NCBI RefSeq assembly: GCF_032191835.1 | Contig: NC_083223.1 | Location: 118,730,001 to 118,794,000 of the forward strand | Reading direction: 5' to 3' | Length of the DNA stretch: 64,000 nucleotides | Source: Heteronotia binoei | Taxonomy: Eukaryota | Shown here: piece by piece, positions 1 through 11,927 of the stretch | Layout: each line of letters begins with the position of its first letter | How positions within the stretch are numbered: the first letter of the stretch is position 1 | Notes under the pieces: model-generated | Seen by the model: only the letters and a program-made list of their open reading frames with translations | The model's database searches: none | What the model was told of the DNA's origin: nothing | Position numbers and translations under genes: made by a program

Positions 1-546
1 AGAATTATATTTACCCAAAGCTCACAACTCATCGATCTGTGGCATTTTACCATTATATGTTAAAGAGAACCATTATTTCAACAAATGATCAGATGTGAAC
101 CCTCATCTCAATAATTTACAGGGGACTTTCAGCCTTTACCAGGAAAATCAGGTAAATTCTACATGTTCTTGTACACATTATGATAATTTTAACCTTTTTA
201 AAGCATTCTCACTGAATCCTGAACTGTACACTGAATGCCAAATTTAATAATTTGATAAAGATGGAGACAACTGATCCACACAGACACTAAATGATAGGTA
301 GTAAATACAGGATCCTTGTTGGGTGCAAGTACCAATAGAGTTTGGCTATGCCTTCTATGACTACTAAAAGCTGGGGCAATAGAAACTTAATCTAACTTCT
401 GCCTTTGTGCAGTATTTAAATTATGAATTTTAAAGCTCAATTCAAAATTTGGTGAAATTGATTATTATCTCAAAACCATCCTAATACTAGGGTTTGTAGA
501 ATCTTTCGGGATCAAGTGCCGTGTTCTACTGGAGAAAGTTTTCCTT

Positions 547-587
547 CCAGACGTTTCGTTCTCAGCTGCGGAGAACATCCTCAGTGG
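547..587 (-). ncRNA. Minimal hammerhead ribozyme motif (inverted copy)
   Basis: Reverse complement reads cca-CTGAGGA-t-gttctc/gagaac-GAAA-cg-TC-tgg with a perfect 6-bp stem II. Confidence 0.75.
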
Positions 588-666
588 CGTGGCAGCCGGA
601 GCAGGTGCTCAGACCTTCTTGGCTGCTGTGCATTGAAGGTCTGAGCAGCCTGCTCCGGTTGCAACG

Positions 667-707
667 CCACTGAGGATGTTTTCCGCAGCTGAGAACGAAA
701 CGTCTGG
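667..707 (+). ncRNA. Minimal type-I hammerhead ribozyme motif in PLE pLTR
   Basis: cca-CTGAGGA-t-gttttc/gagaac (stem II)-GAAA-cg-TC-tgg. CUGANGA and GAAA cores are intact, stem I is cca/tgg, helix III is the palindrome ACGU. Confidence 0.75.
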
Positions 708-965
708 AAGGAAAACTTTCTCCAGTAGAACACGGCACTTGATCCCGAAAGATTCTACAAACCCTAATGTTGTTACCAGCCGTGAAAACCTGAAATCTTT
801 GATAACATCCTAATACTATTCTTTCACTCCAGACACTGCAAAGATGGAAATAACAAAGTTCAGCATTTTCGCTAGTTAAAGCAGGGATGCTTGATATTTC
901 TTACTTTAAAATGTGTGCCATTCTACAAAGCTTTACAGTTCTATGGAGCACATTGGGTATTATCC

Positions 966-1043
966 ACCCAAATTTATTTATTTATTTATTACTTTTCATT
1001 TATATCCCGCCCTCTCTGCAAGCGGACTCAGGGCGGCTTACAA
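966..1043 (-). mobile_element. L2-type LINE/SINE 3' tail fragment
   Basis: Reverse complement gtaagccgccctgagtcc...gagggcgggatataaat followed by (taaa)n, the same tail as at 14048 and 58521. Confidence 0.7.
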
Positions 1044-1143
1044 CATTATAAAACAATTAATCTGATAAAACATATAAAACCATAATTTACATATCAACTT
1101 TAAAACCATTCTATAGCGCTATTGGTTCCACTTTGGTTCCACT

Positions 1144-1376
1144 CAGGGCTTTTTTTTAAAGAAAAAGCCCAGCAGAAACTCATTTGCATATCAGGCCACA
1201 TCCCTGATTTCACCATTATTTCACACAGGGCTTTTTTGTAGAAAAAGCCCAACAGGAACTCATTTGCAAACTAGGCCACATCCCCTGATGCCAAGTCAGC
1301 TGGAACTGCGTTCCTGTGCGTTCCTGCTCTCCCCCCCCCCCCCCCCCCAAACAAACAAACAAACAAACAAACCCTG
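1144..1376. mobile_element. hAT-family MITE (cagggctttt... TIR family) carrying octamer motifs
   Basis: TIR-like ends cagggct / accctg and a perfect 8-bp TSD gttccact (1136-1143, 1377-1384). Internal ~80-bp duplication with ctcatttgcat. Confidence 0.85.
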
Positions 1377-1392
1377 GTTCCACTGGTTTCAG

Positions 1393-1876
1393 TAGGATTC
1401 CCAAGTCCAATTCAAGAAATATCTGGGGACTATGGGCGTGGAGCCATGAGACATTGGGGGTGGAGCCATAAGCAGAGTTGTGACAAGCACAATTGAACTC
1501 CAAAGGAAGTTCTGGCCATCACATTTAAGGGGACCATATACCTTTTTAATGCCTTCCCTACATTAGAAATAATGAAGGATAGGGGCACCTTCTTTTGGGG
1601 CTCATAGAATTGGACCCCCTGGTTCAATCTTTTTGAAACATGGAGAGCATTTTGAGGAGACTCAACAGATACTATGCTGAAAATTTGGTACCTCTACCTC
1701 AAAACACTGCCCCTCCAGAGCCCCAGATACCCTGGGATCAATTCTCCATTATACCCTATAGTCCAGCAGACATTTCCCTCCCTTCCCCCCCCCCACCCTG
1801 TTTCTGATGACTCTGAAGCTCTGGAGGGCCTCCAAACCGGGGATCCCCTGCCCCCACCTGGGGATTGGCACCTCTA
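1393..1876. mobile_element. hAT-like MITE (TAGGGTTGCCA-type TIR), decayed
   Basis: Internal sequence matches 44112-44929 in the opposite orientation. Ends are taggattccca and tggcacctcta. Confidence 0.7.
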
Positions 1877-3261
1877 CTCATGAGTTGCTGAACTTTCAAG
1901 TTTTTCACAGTAACACAGGGCAACCAAAGGTTCAAGTTTACCTTCACTATGCAAATGACCTCTATAAGGATTGTGCAAGAAATGGAGGGTCTGGGCTCAT
2001 TTCACAGCCATGTTGTTCTGCCTCTTCTCCCCCCTCCCCTTCAGCCTTAAAGATGCAGACACACCATCCAAAGAGGAAGGCTTTCTCAAGTAGAGATTGA
2101 AGCCTCCAGCGGGGAAAAGAACATGATGGCTGCTGGGGCAGGGAAAAGAACATGATGGCTGCTGGGGCAGGGCTTTCCCCCACCAGCCAGCTGACTGGGG
2201 GTGGGAAGGAGCCTGGGAAAGCAAGAGAACCCCCACTGGGACCTGGGGATTGACAAGCCTAGGCTTCAGTGGTAAACTTAAGCATCTGGTTCTTGCTCCC
2301 CTTTTGAAATCAACTGGTAAGAAATGTACTTAACTTCGATAGAACATAATATATGGCCCAATGAGTGCATACATAATGTAATGCATATGTAATGAAGTGA
2401 TGAGACTCCTATAGCAGTGTATGCACACCCGCTTCCTTAAAATGAGCTCAGGCCACAATCAGTCATTCCAGTTCAAAGCATTTCAGTCAGACTAATGCAG
2501 TATTGGAAGGGTCTATTTAGAGTAGAGAAGCAGCAGGGAGGTGGTGGAAGGAACTCCTTCCTTGACTGCAATTTACTTGCTGCACATCACTCCTTTTCTT
2601 TTTGCCTGTAGCAACCTCAGTTGTGTTTTATCTTGGCTGTGGCTTGCTGGGCCTGGTGCTTGCCTGGCCTGCTGCCCTGTGGAGGAATCAAATGTGTGAG
2701 TCATGGCTGGGGCCATTGCTGGAGTGGAGCTGGGCTTGGGGAGGGGCGCACTCTGCCCCTGTGTCTAGGTGGTGCCCTAGGCTGTGGCCTGCTTGACCTA
2801 CTCTATAGCACTGGCCCAGCATGCAACTTGTTCCTTTTATGGAGAAAGCTGTTTGAAGTAGTGATCTGGAAAGGAAAACTTATGGGAAGGGAAAAGAATA
2901 GGCATTTCTCCCTCTGCTGTTTCTTTATATTGTCCCCTACTGAAGCTTATCCTATATATACACAAAGCAAGCTGTCTTGCTGATGACTCACCTATTCTCG
3001 CATTGACTGAGCTGCATGTCACTCAATCTCCAGGGAGAGCAACTCCACCCTCCAGCCCCAGAACAGACAAGGATTGGGCCACTGGGGAAGCTGCCTTCGT
3101 GTCCTATTGACCAGTCTTGCCAGGTCCTCCATTTTCCCTTATGGCTGTTACTATGCAACCATATTATTTCAACAATGGTTCTGTTAGTAAAGGGTGGTGG
3201 GAATGTCCTTTCCAGGCCTATTTTGGACTTTGAGGGAGAACTCATTAAGACCAATCCTGAC

Positions 3262-3479
3262 CAGGGTTGCCAGCTCCAGTTTGGGAAAATGCTGGAGATT
3301 TTGTGGTGGGGTCTAAGGAAGCCAGAGTTTGGGGAAGGGAGAGGCTTCAGCTGAATATAATGCCATAGAGTCCACTCTCCAAAGCAGTTATTTTCCCCAG
3401 GGGAAAATATATCTGTTGTCTAGAGTTCAGTTGTGATACCAGGAGATCTTCAGGTTCCAGCTGGAGGTTGACTACCCTA
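3262..3479. mobile_element. Short hAT-like MITE (TAGGGTTGCCA-type TIR)
   Basis: Ends cagggttgcca and actacccta, flanks atcctgac / ggcctgac (6/8). Related copies at ~9417-9510, 10100-10222, 33140-33246, 46870-47087 and 47314-47552. Confidence 0.7.
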
Positions 3480-5826
3480 GGCCTGACAGCACCCTCCGGG
3501 TGACTTGATGTCATTAGAGTGGCATGACTTATCTAGACCTGGCTGCTTGCTACTGTTCAGCAGCTGCCCCCTTTTTACACCCAGTGTGGCATAGCAGTTA
3601 GTGTTTCAAAGCAGGGTTTGCCAGACCCATGTTCTTGCTGTGGAAACTGACTGGATAGGCTGATAGTTGACTGGGAAGGAGATAGGGCTGCCAACTCCAC
3701 GTTAGGAAATTCCTGGAGATTTGAGGGATGGAGCCTGGAGACGGTGGGGTTTGAAGAGGGTGGGACCTCAGACAGGTATAATGCAGATATGCTCAAATAC
3801 ACATAGTACCCCAATAAAACTTGATCAGACAATAGGTATTGTACAACTCTCTTCAATAGGAATATTGTCACCTTCTCTCTGGCGAGAACTATGTGTATAA
3901 GGTCTAATTGGCCCTAAGCTAAATATATTAGCATGCATACATAAACAATTTAACTCCTTCTTACACTAAAGGATGAGTGTATCACAATGAACAGCAATTT
4001 TGCACTTTGCAGTATTTTGTAGAGTGTGTTTTCAGTTTCTACTCGCCTGTGATTATTCATGAAATTGATATCAGCAGCAGACATTTCATTTCCTTTAAAT
4101 CACATTTTTTAGTTGCTTGTTTGGGCTCTATGCTTGACTTGGATACTTGACAAAAAGAAGATGATGAGGCTGTGTGGGCAGAGTTACATTCGGTATCAGT
4201 GAATCATGTCCCTTATTCTGCCACTGGTTATTCACATGACTGTTTGATGACTTGATTCTATGGGGAAAGCTAAAAAGTTTTGCATCCAGCACTGGTGACA
4301 GCTTGGTCTTATACATGCAAAGCAGGCTGTGTGAGAAGTTCATCTGTTGCACCTGTTAAACACAGTCTTGAAGGCAAAGGCAAGATGTTGAAACGATCCT
4401 TCATGTCACATACTGGAGCACTTGAAGAATGACTGCATATGCCAGGCTGACTCCAACTTCCCTGATTCCTTGGAGTCTTAGCATGGCTAGAATGTGCAAC
4501 AAGGTAGTGTGGAGGCAAAGCTGGATAGGATGAGCATATGGTTAGAACTGCGCTAGAATTAGACTTGTAGGACAGTGGGGTTTGCTTAATTAATGTGAAT
4601 GTTTGTTTTGTTTACGAAGGGTATTCCCAGTTACACAGATGCACTGAGTAAGGGACTCAAGGCTAATTTTTATAGCAGGAAACAGTAAATGTCAGCCACT
4701 GCTTGATTATAAGCCAGCGACAAAATCTGGCAGATAATCGTGTGATCATTTGCTGCTTCAACTGATCATGTGAATTCTTGGGGAGAGGGATGGTGGAGAT
4801 GGCAAGGATCACCCCAGTGGGACTTTTTCCTGCCATTTTTATGGTCAACATTTCTTCTGAATGCATGCATGGATACGCATACACACACAGTAATTATTTA
4901 TTTAAATAGTTTTATTTTACATTTGTGTAAACTGTAATGACTGCTGCTGACCATACCTTTTATGTTGATTGTGATATTTTTATTGATGGTGTTTTTACTG
5001 TTTTATTTTATTGTCAAGTGCTGCAAGCACATTGTGCAGAGGCAGGATATAAATATTTTAAATAAATAATGTATCAAATAAATCATGGTGGTAAAATCAA
5101 AAATTTTACCATCTCTTGGATATTATCAGTAGGGATCTCTGGCCTATCTGTTGGCAAAGATGAACAAATATGCCCTCTTCCTTTTCATTTTGGTATCTGT
5201 TAATGCCCTTTTATTTGTTTCTTTTACACATTTTGTGTGCATTTGAATACAGCTAGTGTGCACTTTATGCTATATTTAAATGGATAATGCTCAGTTACTC
5301 ATGTGCAAATAATTGAAAAAATATTTTTCTTTTTGTGTGAAAAAAATCAGTTCAAGGAATCAGCAAATGATTTGAAAGTAGGAGCTCCAGTTCAGTCTGT
5401 GCAAGGGAGAAACAAAACCAAAACAAGGATATTCAAACTGAACCAGCAAGCTTGCGAAATTTGATAGCATCCTCAGATCCAAATGGATAGGGCTTTGCTG
5501 TTGCCAAGAGGTTTTCATGTATGACAGCACTATGTTTCCTTTGGCTTATTAAAGGGCAGGAAGAAACAGAAAAAGGTAGGGAATAAGCATTAGAGACAGA
5601 AACAGCAAGCAAGGACAAACTAGGGAACCAACTGGAAACCAAGAAATCAATAAATCAGCTTGTGTTTACTTGTCCTAGCAGCATTGGTGGCAGTGCAATG
5701 GAAAAGGAACACTACTAATGCTCTTCTGCTTTTGCTGGTACTTTTTCCTTCTAGAGGGATCTGCCCAATCCAGAACCACAAAACATGCTTCTGATTGACT
5801 CTTGAGGGTATATTTGTGTATGATGC

Positions 5827-6288
5827 TCAGAAGCAAAAGCTAACAGCCAAATGCTGCAAAAATATGTGTATTAAAAATGTATATTAAAACAAGATGCCAG
5901 CTTTGTAAAACTTGAAGATAATTTTTGAATGTATGAACTGTCTCAGAAATACGTGCCTGACAAAGCCTTTGTGGAAAACAGCTTGGTATTGCTGGCTGTC
6001 TATCGCACTTTTTCATCTTCTCTCCGGGACGACTGGACTGAACTTTTTATAATTCATATGTACAAGGAAAGAAGAAATGTGCTTCTATTTGTTATGAGGA
6101 GTTTCTTGTGTGAACTTTCAAGTTCTGATCTTTCGGGTCTGCAAAAAGTCCTTTAAGGCTGTTGTGTACAGCTTGTATTTGAATGGTGTTGTAAAAAAAT
6201 TGCACAATTCGTATTTATACTGCTTTAATACACATTTTTGTCAATACATATATTTTTGCAGCATTTGGCCATTGGTTTTTGCTTCTGA
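5827..6288. repeat. ~460-bp unit bounded by imperfect ~62-bp inverted repeats (old MITE or foldback relic)
   Basis: 5827-5890 (tcagaagcaaaa...gccaaatgctgcaaaaata...) is the reverse complement of 6222-6288 (...tatttttgcagcatttggcc...tttttgcttctga). No TSD seen. Confidence 0.55.
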
Positions 6289-6987
6289 CTGTGGTTCCAC
6301 ACACAGTCCTTTGCTGGTGTGTATGATGCTCAGCTGTGCATCACTCTGGGGATGCCAGCCTCCAGTGGGGACTTGGGGATCCACCAGAATTACAGCCCAT
6401 CTCCAGAATACAGAGAACAGTTTCCTTGGGGAATATATTTATGCTTTGGAGGGTGGACTATGGCATTGTACTGCATTGAGGTACTTGTCCTCCTCAGTCT
6501 CCAACCCCAAATATCCAGGAGTTTCTCAACCTGGATCTGACAACTCTTCCCATCCATCCCTTGCAAGTGGTCACGTAACCCTAACTAGAACACTTCTGTA
6601 TAGTATTTTGTAAGCAGGATCCTATTATGTAATTTCTGTACTGCTCAATGTTGAATTCACTACCACAGAAGGTGCTAGTAGCTACAAGCATAGACAGCTT
6701 CAAGAGGGGATTGGATGGAACTCTGTCTTGGGCAGTGATGGTCTGTATTCTTGGTGCTTGTTGGGGGCAACAGTGGGAGGGCTTCTACTGTCCTGGCCCT
6801 ACTGATGGACCTCCTGATGGCACCTGGTTTCTTGCAATTAAAGAGCCAAACATTAAAAACAAAGTGTAAAATAAATCATAAACAAACATACATGTATTTA
6901 TTGTAGAAAGCTAAAACCATTTAAGGGCTCATCATAAGCCTCTATCCTATGTACAATCATAAAACCACAATGGGAACCCACTCAACT

Positions 6988-7031
6988 TGACCTGACATGT
7001 TTCGATCTAGACTGGTCTTCTTCAGAGGTCA
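6988..7031 (-). ncRNA. Minimal hammerhead ribozyme motif
   Basis: Reverse complement tgacct-CTGAAGA-a-gacc-agtcta-gatc-GAAA-catg-TC-aggtca. Stem I is 6 bp, stem II has one mismatch. Confidence 0.65.
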
Positions 7032-7329
7032 GAAAGGTAAGTACACATATTGGCTCATAATGCAGAATAGAATAAAACAATAGGACACATAACTCTTGGC
7101 ACATAGGCTCTGACCTGACACCTATCTTGATCAGTTCTGGACCATGTGGCATACAATAAGACACTGGATGCAATATGGATGCCCTTGATTAAGACATAAG
7201 GTTGTAGAATAAGAGGCCTCAAGAATATCTCTAAGTCTTTGTCACTTCATTAAATTTTCTTGTGGTCCAGCATTGTTCTATTGTTTTATTCTATTCTGTA
7301 TTATGAGCCAATATGTGTACTTACCTTTC

Positions 7330-7373
7330 TGACCTCTGAAGAAGACCAGTCTAGGTCGGAATGCGTCAGGTCA
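7330..7373 (+). ncRNA. Hammerhead motif with mutated core (GAAA>GGAA)
   Basis: tgacct-CTGAAGA-a-gacc-agtcta-ggtc-GGAA-tgcg-TC-aggtca. Stems I and II are perfect but the core is substituted. Confidence 0.55.
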
Positions 7374-8944
7374 AGTTGAGTGGGTTCCCATTGTAGTTTT
7401 ATGATTGTACATAGGATAGAGGTTTATGATGGGCCCTTAAATGGTTTTAGCTTTCTACAATAAATACATGTATGTTGGTTTATGATTTATTTTACACTGT
7501 GTTTTTAATGTTTGGCCCTTTAATTGCATATTAACCTTTCAGGTTTCTTACTCCAGTTTTTGGGTTAAGTTTCTTTCCCTTCTTTGTTTTACCTGTGTTT
7601 TTTTGGCTACTGTGTTGGACTGGATGGGACATTGGCCTGATCCAACATGGCTTCTCTTATGTTCATAATGTGTCATGTTAATACACATGCTGTGCTTCTG
7701 TTTCTTTCTGGTGGTTTCAGATTTCTAATATCCTAATGTATTTGTTCTTCAATGTCACATTTTTTGACTGTACTGATTCACTATGGATAATCTGCCTGGA
7801 GTCCCTAAGAAAAGAGTGGACTATAAATAACATTTTTTAAAAAGAACAGTAGCAATAAATAATGTTGGGGTTTGATTTTGGACCCGGAGATCCTCTTGTT
7901 AAAAATAGGATTGTTGTGAGCAGGATAGAGAGGCTATTTAGAATATCTCTACTTAATTATTGTGCAGCTATCATCAGAAAGAGAAATTACAGGCCCTTCT
8001 GTACAATTTAAAGCTAAACCTCTAATTAGAATTCTCGTTCCATTAACCTGGGGTGAAGTGAATGAACTAGCTAATTATCATTTCCACTTATAGAGAATGT
8101 AGCATTGAATGAGGATCTGATGGTAAATGAATGAGGAAAGATCTGCATGGCACCAATCCAGGAATTGCATATGTATGTAATGCTTCTTATTAAATACAGC
8201 TCTAAACAAATGTCATTGTTATTAGTAACTACTCAGTTGTGTAAAGTGAACATTTCATCCAGCTGTGCCATCAGACAATAATTTCACCCTGAGATAGTGT
8301 CAACTTATTTTATAAATTCTGAACTATATTTCAAGCAACATACATTATTTACCTTGACATCTAAAGTATATGTAACTGACTTCTCTTTTTGCTGGGTTAA
8401 TATAACAGTTGCAGAAATGCCATGGGAAGGAGATGACTTTTTCAAGTTGGGCTGAAATCCCTCCTCATTTTCCATGCCAGTGCACCACTAAATGATTGTG
8501 GTAAGGGATTCCCCCCCCCCCCCCCCCCAATTCTTTAAGTCTTTCTTGACACATGGTCTCTTCTGATTTTGGAGCACATATATTAACAGATAACTGGTGG
8601 GTCACAAGGAGTTAACATATAATTTCAGTAGGGTCTCTTGTAAGCGAGATTTGAATTGTCCGTTTACATAACCGCTGTGTGAGATCTCAGTTCCAAAATA
8701 ACAGTTACTGCGAAAAGACATTCAGTGAGTTATGGTAAAACTCTATAGCTCTGAAGGTTATTGTTGATAGGAAACAAAAGTTTGCTTTAGGTGAGCTTGT
8801 CTCACTCACCAGTGTTCAATTGAAGCCATGTTTACACCAGTTTGCTATAGAAGGGGGAATGGGATGAAAAAACTATAATTTGTTTCTAAATTTTCAAGAA
8901 AATTTATATCTATGCTATCCCTTAAAATTATATTAATTTAATTT

Positions 8945-9350
8945 ATTTTTTTATTTATTAAAAAATTACAAGATTCATACACTGCCCTTCTGATGGATAA
9001 CAAACATGTCTTAAAAACTATTAAAACACAAAAAATAAAAATAAATAAAACCTAAGCTAAGACACATACTAAAATATAAAAACAGCAATTAAAACATAGG
9101 GCAGAAAGGAGGAATCACTGAGAAAATGGCAGACAAAATGAAAATGTCTTCACCCACTGGTGGAAGATGGCAACAGAAGGGGACAGACAAGTCTTTCCGA
9201 GGAGAGAGTTCTTGAGTGTTGGTGACATGACGAAGACCTTGTCCTGGGTTGCCACCTGCCTAATCTCAGAAGGCAGAGGCACATGAAGTAGGACCTCTGA
9301 AGATGGCTATAGTGGTTCGGTAGATGCATAAGGAAGGATGTGGTCTTAGA
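8945..9350 (-). mobile_element. Old L2 LINE 3' fragment
   Basis: (ttta)n tail, A-rich 3' UTR, then sequence resembling the 3' end of the L2 at 14048-14560 but more diverged. Confidence 0.5.
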
Positions 9351-9416
9351 CTTAGTTGCGCTCTATCTAAAGCTCTAATGAAACTAAGCTCTAACTAAAG
9401 TCCAGTCCACAGACAG

Positions 9417-10222
9417 GGTTGCTAGGTCTGTGTTAGAAAATACCTGGAGACTTTGGGAGTGGATCTGGGAGAGGGTGGGGTTTGGGGAGGGGAGGAGCCT
9501 CAGCATGGAACAAGGAACTCATTTGCATATTAGGCTATACCTGGGATCATTTTGTAGAAAAAGAGGTGCCAGAGCTCATTAGCTCATTTGCATAACTCAT
9601 TTGCATATGTCGCACACCCCTGACATCACCGGAAGCTATACTAAATTATATCAGCTTAGCATCTACCTTAAAATGCTTCTTGAATTGTAATGGTCATAAG
9701 AAAACCTTGCTCCCATCATACTTAAAATTACTTTCTCCTATGTGGCCACAGTGGCATGATGAAGATTTCCATCTGTCTGCTTTATGTGTTTTGGTTATTT
9801 TCCCTTTTTTTGTGTGGGGAAAAACATTAGAAAGTTTGTCAAATCTTAGAGTTCAGCAAAACTCTTATAGGGGGTTTGAACAAAGGAGCCCAAAAGCAGT
9901 TATTTGGAGGTAGGGGTAAGAAAGAAAGAGCACAATAAAATTTAGGCTCCAGAGCTCCATTCCTGTGAGCTCCTGCCCAAAATGTGGCCTGGGCCACACA
10001 CCCTGATATCACCATGTTTTGCAGGAACTCATTTGCATATTAGGCCACACCCCCTAATGTCAAGCCAGCTGGAACTGTGTTCCTGTGTGTTCCTGCTCAA
10101 AGAAAGCCCTGAAGTCCACCCTTCAAAGCAGCCATTTTCTCCAGGGGAGCTGAGCTCTACCAGATAGAGATCAGTTGTAAAGGCGGGAGATCTCCAGCTC
10201 CCACCTGGAGGCTGGCAACCTT
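9417..10222. mobile_element. Cluster of nested or fragmented hAT-like MITEs
   Basis: 9540-9995 is homologous to 47767-48200. Flanking pieces match the 3262-type and 1144-type MITEs. Four ctcatttgcat motifs. Confidence 0.7.
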
Positions 10223-11447
10223 AAAACATCATTATATGGTTATTTGCACAAATATGAGATTGCAGTGATCATTATTGTTATTTATTATTATTTATTAGAT
10301 TTATATCCCGCCCTCCCTGCTGAAGCAGGATCATGACTGAGCCAAAATCAGGTATGTTTAAGTAGTATAGATTTAACTTTTTAAAATTTTTAGTGCTAAC
10401 GGTACTATCCTGAGCATCTACTGAAGTTAATGAACACAGAACAATGTAGCTCTGCTTAGGGTTGCGCAGTAAATGTCTTTACTGCTTTCAAATGTTGCAT
10501 CTGGATGACCTTCTGTCACAACATTACCCCGAAGAAGACCTGGTAGTGCTTGTAGAAACAGTTGGGACTGAAAGTAGCACTGGAGATGACAATAGCATGG
10601 GCATTAGTAGTCCTTAGAGACCCAGTAGTGGCATAATAGTTGGCAGCTGTGAGAGAAGCCTAAGGGCAAAACAGTACTTCTCACAAACAAGTAAAAATGG
10701 CATCTCCAAAAAGTTCTTTCCACACTACCATACGATGTAGGAATGGATCTGCTACCCAATCCCATAGTGTTCACATACTTTCACATACCTAACTCTATCA
10801 TTAGTTGCTGTGGTTTTATATATCATATGGAAAAGGACAGCACTCAGTTTATGGATGTTGTCTTTGGTAGTAGCTCCATGTTGGTAATAATACATAGTTC
10901 TACCCTGTGTGGAGGGGGGGAACTAGTAGAAATTATCGATGTACATGGTACTGAAGCACCTTTCTAATTCTGAGGAATTTTAACATTTTGGAAGGCTGCA
11001 AGATATTCTACTCTAACCTTCCTTCAGATCTCCAAATTTTAATCCCAAATATATTTCAAGCCACTTTCAATATGACATTATAAAGGATTGTTATAGATAG
11101 GACTTGTTCTTTGTATTAGCATTTATTAATGGTGTTTGACACATATTAGCGCCACTGGTGTGGCACAGATCATAGCAATATTAAGATTGCCTTCTGGCAG
11201 AAGTGCTGAAAAATTCAGGTGACTTGTTCAGTCTCCTTCCAGGCTTCCAGAGAGCATCAGAAACAATGGCAGGCACTTTTAATCAATCAATTGTAATATC
11301 AATACCCCCTATTCTCCCTAATGGGGACTCAAGCAGCCTACAACGTTGTTCTCCCCATTCTATTTTATTGTTAGTACAATAGCCCTGTTAGTTAGGTTGG
11401 GCTGTGAGACAATACTACAAGGGAACATGGTATAAAAGGGATAAAAT

Positions 11448-11803
11448 GATAAAACGAAGTACTTCTTCACCGAAAGGGTGATTAATACATGGAATTCACT
11501 GCCACAGAAGGTGGTAGCAACTAGAAGTACAGATGGCTTCAAGAGAGTATTGGATAAACATATGGAGCAGAGGTCCATCAGTGGCTATTAGCCATAGTGT
11601 ATAGTTGTACCTCTCTATCTGGGGCAGTGATGCTTTATATTCTTGGAGCTGGAGGGGGGGCAACAATGGGAGGGCTTCTAGTGTCCTGGCCCCACTGATG
11701 GACCTCCTGATGGCACCTGTTTTTTTGGCCACTGTGTGATAGCATGTTGGACTGGATGGGCCATTGGTCTGATCCAACATGGCTTCTCTAATGTTCTTAT
11801 GTT
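11448..11803 (+). mobile_element. CR1 LINE 3' fragment
   Basis: Homologous to the 3' end of the CR1 at 11928-13537 (aagtacttcttcacc...tggaattcactgccacag...ccatcagtggctattagcc...ccaacatggcttctc) and ends in (ttatgttc)-type tail repeats. Confidence 0.85.
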
Positions 11804-11927
11804 CAGTATGTAATAAAACATAATCAAAGTGCTAATGAGTACTGTACTAGATATACTATTACAAACTAAAAAGATTTTATACATATCAAAGGCAGAATTT
11901 GCAAAATGTGATATGGATATAAGCATT

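Larger units (their letters stand above)
488..805 (+). mobile_element. Penelope-like element (PLE) 3' end with an inverted pLTR copy forming a ~130-bp hairpin
   Basis: Arms 488-617 and 636-766 are reverse complements (3 substitutions, 1 indel) with an 18-nt loop. The right arm continues as pLTR tail to ~805. A 13-bp direct repeat catcctaatacta flanks it (477-489, 806-818). Each arm carries a hammerhead motif. Confidence 0.85.
6833..7590 (+). mobile_element. Second Penelope-like family: 5'-truncated copy with inverted pLTR (~254-bp arms)
   Basis: 6833-7086 and 7275-7528 are reverse complements with a ~190-bp spacer. The spacer ends in a short frame (...LDAIWMPLIKT*) resembling PLE ORF C-termini. 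Each arm has a hammerhead motif. Confidence 0.75.
6648..7664 (+). mobile_element. CR1 LINE 3' end split by a PLE insertion (CR1 parts 6648-6832 and ~7591-7664)
   Basis: Translates as LNSLPQKVLVATSIDSFKRGLD, the CR1 ORF2 C-terminus, then 3' UTR. It resumes after the PLE with ttggactggatggg...ccaacatggcttctcttatgtt. Confidence 0.8.

Noticed and set aside
2112-2169. Perfect 29-bp tandem duplication
   Set aside because: Only two units, inside a MITE-like fragment, consistent with ordinary slippage. Not a spaced array.
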